A DNA stretch of 64,000 nt from Octopus vulgaris. Taxonomy: Eukaryota. Position 1 is the first letter of the stretch. Each line of letters opens with the position of its first letter. This document shows positions 59,623 through 64,000 of this stretch, piece after piece. Location of the stretch: contig OX597838.1 in assembly GCA_951406725.2 (NCBI GenBank), positions 31,000,001-31,064,000 on the forward strand, read 5' to 3'. The translations under genes and the position numbers were made by a program. The notes beneath the pieces are model-generated. The model saw nothing but the letters and a program-made list of their open reading frames with translations. It had not been told where the DNA came from and did no database searches.

Positions 59623-60175
59623 ACAGTCCAGGTTTCGCAAGCATATAATAAAGAGGTTAAGGTACATGTATTGTATACCTTCATCTTTGTCGCAGTGGAA
59701 ATACCATGTCTAGACCATAGGCGGTCTTCCAGTTTGCCAAAATCAAAACTGGCTCTTTCTGAATGCGTAGTGACACTCCATCATCAAGGTTCGCTGATGT
59801 GTTTAGTGTGCTCCCTAAGTAAACAAACTTAGAAACCACAGCAAATTTTCTTCTATACACGAAGATACCAGGTTCTAAGTATGGCATTCCTGGTGCTGGC
59901 TGAAAAATGGCAACAGTTTGGGTTAGATTTATGGTTAAGCCAAATGCCTCACGAGCCGTTCAAATTGCATTCAGAAGATTTTGCATGTCCTCCTCTGTAT
60001 GAGCGACAATATCGCAAGCATCTGCGTAGAGAAGGTCTCTAATAATAGTTGAGGATGTCCTTGACTTAGCTGACAGTCTTCTGATGTTAAAGATTTTTTT
60101 CCTGTTGTGCGATATCTGATATATATGTCCTTATACTTTCCGGATTCACTATGTACACCCTCTTCGCATGTAAAC
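59621..60175 (-). pseudogene. RTE-clade reverse transcriptase fragment
   Basis: DLLYADAC (YADD), AFGLTIN, FVYLGSTL, TKMKVY..LLYACETWT; frameshifted. Confidence 0.85.
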
Positions 60176-60747
60176 CGTCTTTTATGCAACCCCAAGTTTT
60201 ATTACATAACGTGTCATATTACAGCGATTAGAGAAGACTTAATGTTTTGCTCTTTCTCCCTCTCTTTCTCTTTTGTTCTCCGACCTTTCTCTCTCTCTCC
60301 CTCTCTCTCTCTCTCCCTCTCTCGCCCTCTTGTTCTTCCACCTTTCTCTTTCTCTCTCCTTCTCTGTCCCTCGTTTTCTCTGGTGACACATGAGTCCTAG
60401 CGTGTCAGGTTTCTTCCTGTCGCAAGAGAGTCCTGCCTGATGGAAACTTAAGAGCTGGGTCAACTGGGGAGCAATATCAAGAGCATCCTAGTTAACACCC
60501 ATCAGGCACGAACGGAGGCGGGATGCTCGTGCAGAGATTACAACAGCTGCCCAGTGGGAGGCCATTGCGAAGCCAAGGGAACTGCCAAGGAAGTTGATGT
60601 GGTAGTCGACCCAAGTAGCAGCATCAGCAGTTTTCCCAACGACTACTACAATAACATAGATGACAGTACCAATAGCAACGGTAGCAACCCGAACAGAAAT
60701 GGCGGCAGCAGCACCACCAATGGTAACAATAACTAGAACGACAATGT

Positions 60748-61131
60748 TGGAAGCACTCTGTCGATTACGACGACGTGGGTTCCGGTTGATCCGATCAACG
60801 GAACAGCCTGCTCGTGAAATTAACGTGTGAGTGGCTGAGCACTCCACAGACATGTGTACCCTTAACGTAGTTCTCGGGGATATTCAGCGTGACACAGAGA
60901 GTGACAAGGCCGGCCCTTTGAAATACAGGTACAACAGAAACAGGAAGTAAGAGTGAGAGAAAGTTGTGGTGAAAGAGTACAGCAGGGATCACCACCACCC
61001 CCTGCCGGAGCCTCGTGGAGCTTTAGGTGTTTTCGCTCAATAAACACTCACAACGCCCGGTCTGGGAATCGAAACCGCGACCCTACGACCGCGAGTTCGC
61101 TGCCCTAACCACTGGGCCATTGCGCCTCCAC
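60748..61131 (-). mobile_element. SINE family C with flanking duplication of about 80 bp
   Basis: 60666-60745 is repeated at 61135-61214. Confidence 0.88.
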
Positions 61132-61561
61132 ACTGTACCAATAGCAACGGTAGCAACCCGAACAGAAATGGCAGCAGCACCATCACCAATGGTAACAATA
61201 ACTAGAACGACAATAACAGCCACCACGACAGCGCCAATAACAGCTCTAACAACAACGACGACGATGGCTATAGCACCACCAACAGTGCCAACAACAGCAC
61301 CACCATCGATAATGTCCCCTACGCCAGCATCAACGGCGCCGGCGCCAATACCAACAGCGCCAGCAACAACGGAAGCAGTAGCATGAACATCAACAAAAAT
61401 AGCGTCGCCAACACCAGATAGATCGGATGTTCCGGAAACGCCTTCAAGCAGCGCCTCTCCAACCATAGATACTCATTCAGGATCCAGGAGTGGAGGCACA
61501 AAGCATCCTTAATCAGCCACGTATGGCAGCTGAAAGCCGAAGGAACTCCACACGTAATATC

Positions 61562-61792
61562 TATGTCTTTACTACCCACAAGCGGCTAAACACAGAGGGA
61601 TAAAACAAGGACAGACACACGGATTAAGTCGATTACATCGACGCCAGTGCGTAACTGGTACTTAATTTATCGACCCCGAAAGGATGAACGGCAAAGTCGA
61701 CCTCGGCGGAATTTGAACTCAGAACGTAACGGCAGACGAAATACGGCTACGCATTTCGCCCGGCGTGCTAACGTTTCTGCCAGCTCGCCGCC
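61562..61792 (-). mobile_element. SINE family B
   Basis: TSD cgtaatatc; removing it restores the GIY-YIG frame (PHVISWKIL). Confidence 0.9.
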
Positions 61793-61976
61793 GTAATATC
61801 ATGGAAGATCCTAGAAAATCCAGGTCTCTACATCAATGGGATCAAGTGTTGTAAGCTGTGCATAAACGAACGGACGAATATATTAAAGGACTTTCTCGAC
61901 CCGGGGAGCATCCTCAACTCCAAGACAGAAGTTTCCGGACCCCGCTTGCATTTCAGGAAATTCCTATTATTGTTAG

Positions 61977-62128
61977 GGTTCAGGTCACTGCTTGGAATCG
62001 AACTCAGAATCTTGGGGTTAGTAACCCACGCTCTTAACCACTACGCCACGATCATATTGGTGTAGAGGTTAAGGGCGCGGGCTACTAAACCCAAGATTCC
62101 GAGTTCGATTCCAAGCAGTGACCTGAAC

Positions 62129-62162
<34 letters not shown>

Positions 62163-62164
62163 AA

Positions 62165-62222
<58 letters not shown>

Positions 62223-62235
62223 TAATAACAATAAC

Positions 62236-62288
<53 letters not shown>

Positions 62289-62495
62289 TAATAATAATAA
62301 CAACAACAACGACATCGAAAAATACCTTAGGATTGAGAACCCAGGTTCGAAATTTCCCCAAGACACCTGAAGAAGGCAGGAGGGTATATCAGCCGAAACG
62401 TTGTGTTAACAACAAACAAGACGAGGACAAATATCCGTCGAATGTAAATAATGTAAATGATACACATAATTCCTCATCTCTTAAATATAGAACTG
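61977..62495 (+). mobile_element. Full tRNA-head/(AAT)n/HHR element (62059-62495) preceded by an inverted copy of its head (61977-62049); HHR at 62362-62407
   Basis: Head-to-head palindrome; tail ends cctcatctcttaaatatagaactg as at 48045. Confidence 0.85.
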
Positions 62496-62664
62496 CTCGA
62501 ATGAGAATATGATTTTCATGGGGATCACCAGCCATAAGGACGACTACTTCATTAGATGTGGGCTCATTAAAACGGCGTAAAATGTTCTTTACTATAGTTT
62601 ACTATAGACGGAAGAAACGCAGAGACACACTCATAGAATTGATAATATAGTAAACAGCAAAACG

Positions 62665-62923
62665 GGATCTTTTCGGTTTGAACGGCAGTTTTTTCTAGCG
62701 GTGTCATATGAAATTGTCACCCATAATTATGACCCTAGAATCGATCTCTTTTACTCTTTTCTCTTTTACTTGTTTCAGTCATTTGACTGCGGCCATGCTG
62801 GAGCACCGCCTTTAATCGAGCAACTCGACCCCAGTACTTAGCCGAACCGCTAAGTTACGGGGACATAAACACACCAGCATCGGTTGTCAAGCAATGCTAG
62901 GGGGACACACACAAATACACACA

Positions 62924-62965
<42 letters not shown>

Positions 62966-63467
62966 TACGACGGGCTTATTTCAGTTTCCGTCTACCAAAT
63001 CCACTCACAAGGCTTTGGTCGGCCTGAGGCTATAGTAGAAGACACTTGCCCAAGGTGCCACGCAGTGGGACTGAACCCAGAACCATGTGGTTGGTAAACA
63101 AGCTACTTACCACACAGCCACTCCTGCGCCTATTGCATTTCAATCTCTTTTAGGGTTAGGGTTAGGGGTGGGGGAAGGGTATATTTTTTTGTTCACAAAT
63201 GTAAATAAACCCAATCTGTTTCTTAAACGAGGGACATATTCATACGGCACAGAATGCTTTTTAACTCAATAGACGTCACTGATTGGTTGAACTTGCAGAA
63301 ATTGAAGAAAAAAACAACAACAAATATCTTACAAACTATAGAATTTTCTCAATAAAGCCAAGAGAAAAATATGTTTTATAAACACATTCTACCAATATAG
63401 GAAGTTTGAAATTTTTTTAGTTACCTAGAAATTATGTTAAAAACTGCCGTTCAAACCGGAAAGATCC
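62665..63467. mobile_element. GG-terminal MITE with perfect 8-bp TSD gcaaaacg, nested SINE A (62747-63130) and internal (TTAGGG)3
   Basis: TIRs and body match 28391-28803. Confidence 0.88.
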
Positions 63468-63659
63468 GCAAAACGTACACACACGAAGTTCAAGCGAAAC
63501 GAAATCTAGTCAATATTGGCGCAAAACATACTTTCTGTAGCGTAGTTATACAAAAATAATGCATTTTACAATTTTGAAACGAACGCAGAACCAAGGGTAC
63601 AGAGAGGAAGATGCCGGTGTTGTAACGTTAATTTAAAATACTTGCCGAAGGATGCATAC

Positions 63660-63991
63660 TCTCTTTTTTTACTTTCTGTTAATTGTTTCAGTCATTTGAC
63701 TGTGGCCATGCTGGAGCACCGCCTTTAGTCGAACAAATCGACCACAGGACTTATTCTTTGTAAGCCTAGTACTTATTCTATCGGTCACTTTTTGCCGAAC
63801 GGCAAAGTTACGGGGATGTAAACACACCAGCATCGGTGGTCAAGCAATGTTGGGGGGGAAGGGACAAACATAGACACACAAACATATACATACACACATA
63901 TATATATATATACATATATACGACGGGCTTCTTTCAGTTTCCGTCTACCAAATCCACTCACAAGGCTTCGGTCGGCCCGAGGCTATAGTAG
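63660..63991 (-). mobile_element. SINE family A, partial
   Basis: Match to consensus. Confidence 0.8.
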
Positions 63992-64000
63992 AAAAAAACT

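Larger units (their letters stand above)
60440..61971 (+). pseudogene. Penelope-like element C-terminus: Cys-rich linker + GIY-YIG endonuclease, interrupted by two SINEs
   Basis: CSCRDYNSCPVGGHC...(*)IGCSGNAFKQRLSNHRYSF...LISHVWQLK...ISWKIL...CKLCINE...LNSKTEV...HFRKFLL; YIG Tyr mutated to TAG at 61419. Confidence 0.82.

Overview
Eukaryotic, AT-rich, microsatellite-saturated non-coding DNA. The SINE families and simple-repeat load resemble an octopus (coleoid cephalopod) genome; this is inferred from repeat recognition only. No intact protein-coding gene is evident, and almost all listed ORFs are microsatellite or SINE read-throughs. The window is a nested mosaic of at least four tRNA-derived/SINE-like families, decayed LINEs (Tx1/L1-type, R4/Dong-type, RTE, CR1), a mariner transposase pseudogene, hAT-, piggyBac- and GG-terminal MITEs, a Penelope-like GIY-YIG remnant and a 38-bp palindromic minisatellite. 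The most notable signal is about a dozen minimal type I hammerhead-ribozyme (HHR) motifs. They include a multi-copy non-autonomous element built as tRNA-like Pol III head + (AAT)n + HHR-bearing tail, arranged in Penelope-style inversions, and several head-to-head HHR palindromes. Two LINE families appear to be tied to specific microsatellites ((TATC)n and (TACA)n). Coordinates were read by eye and may be off by a few bases.
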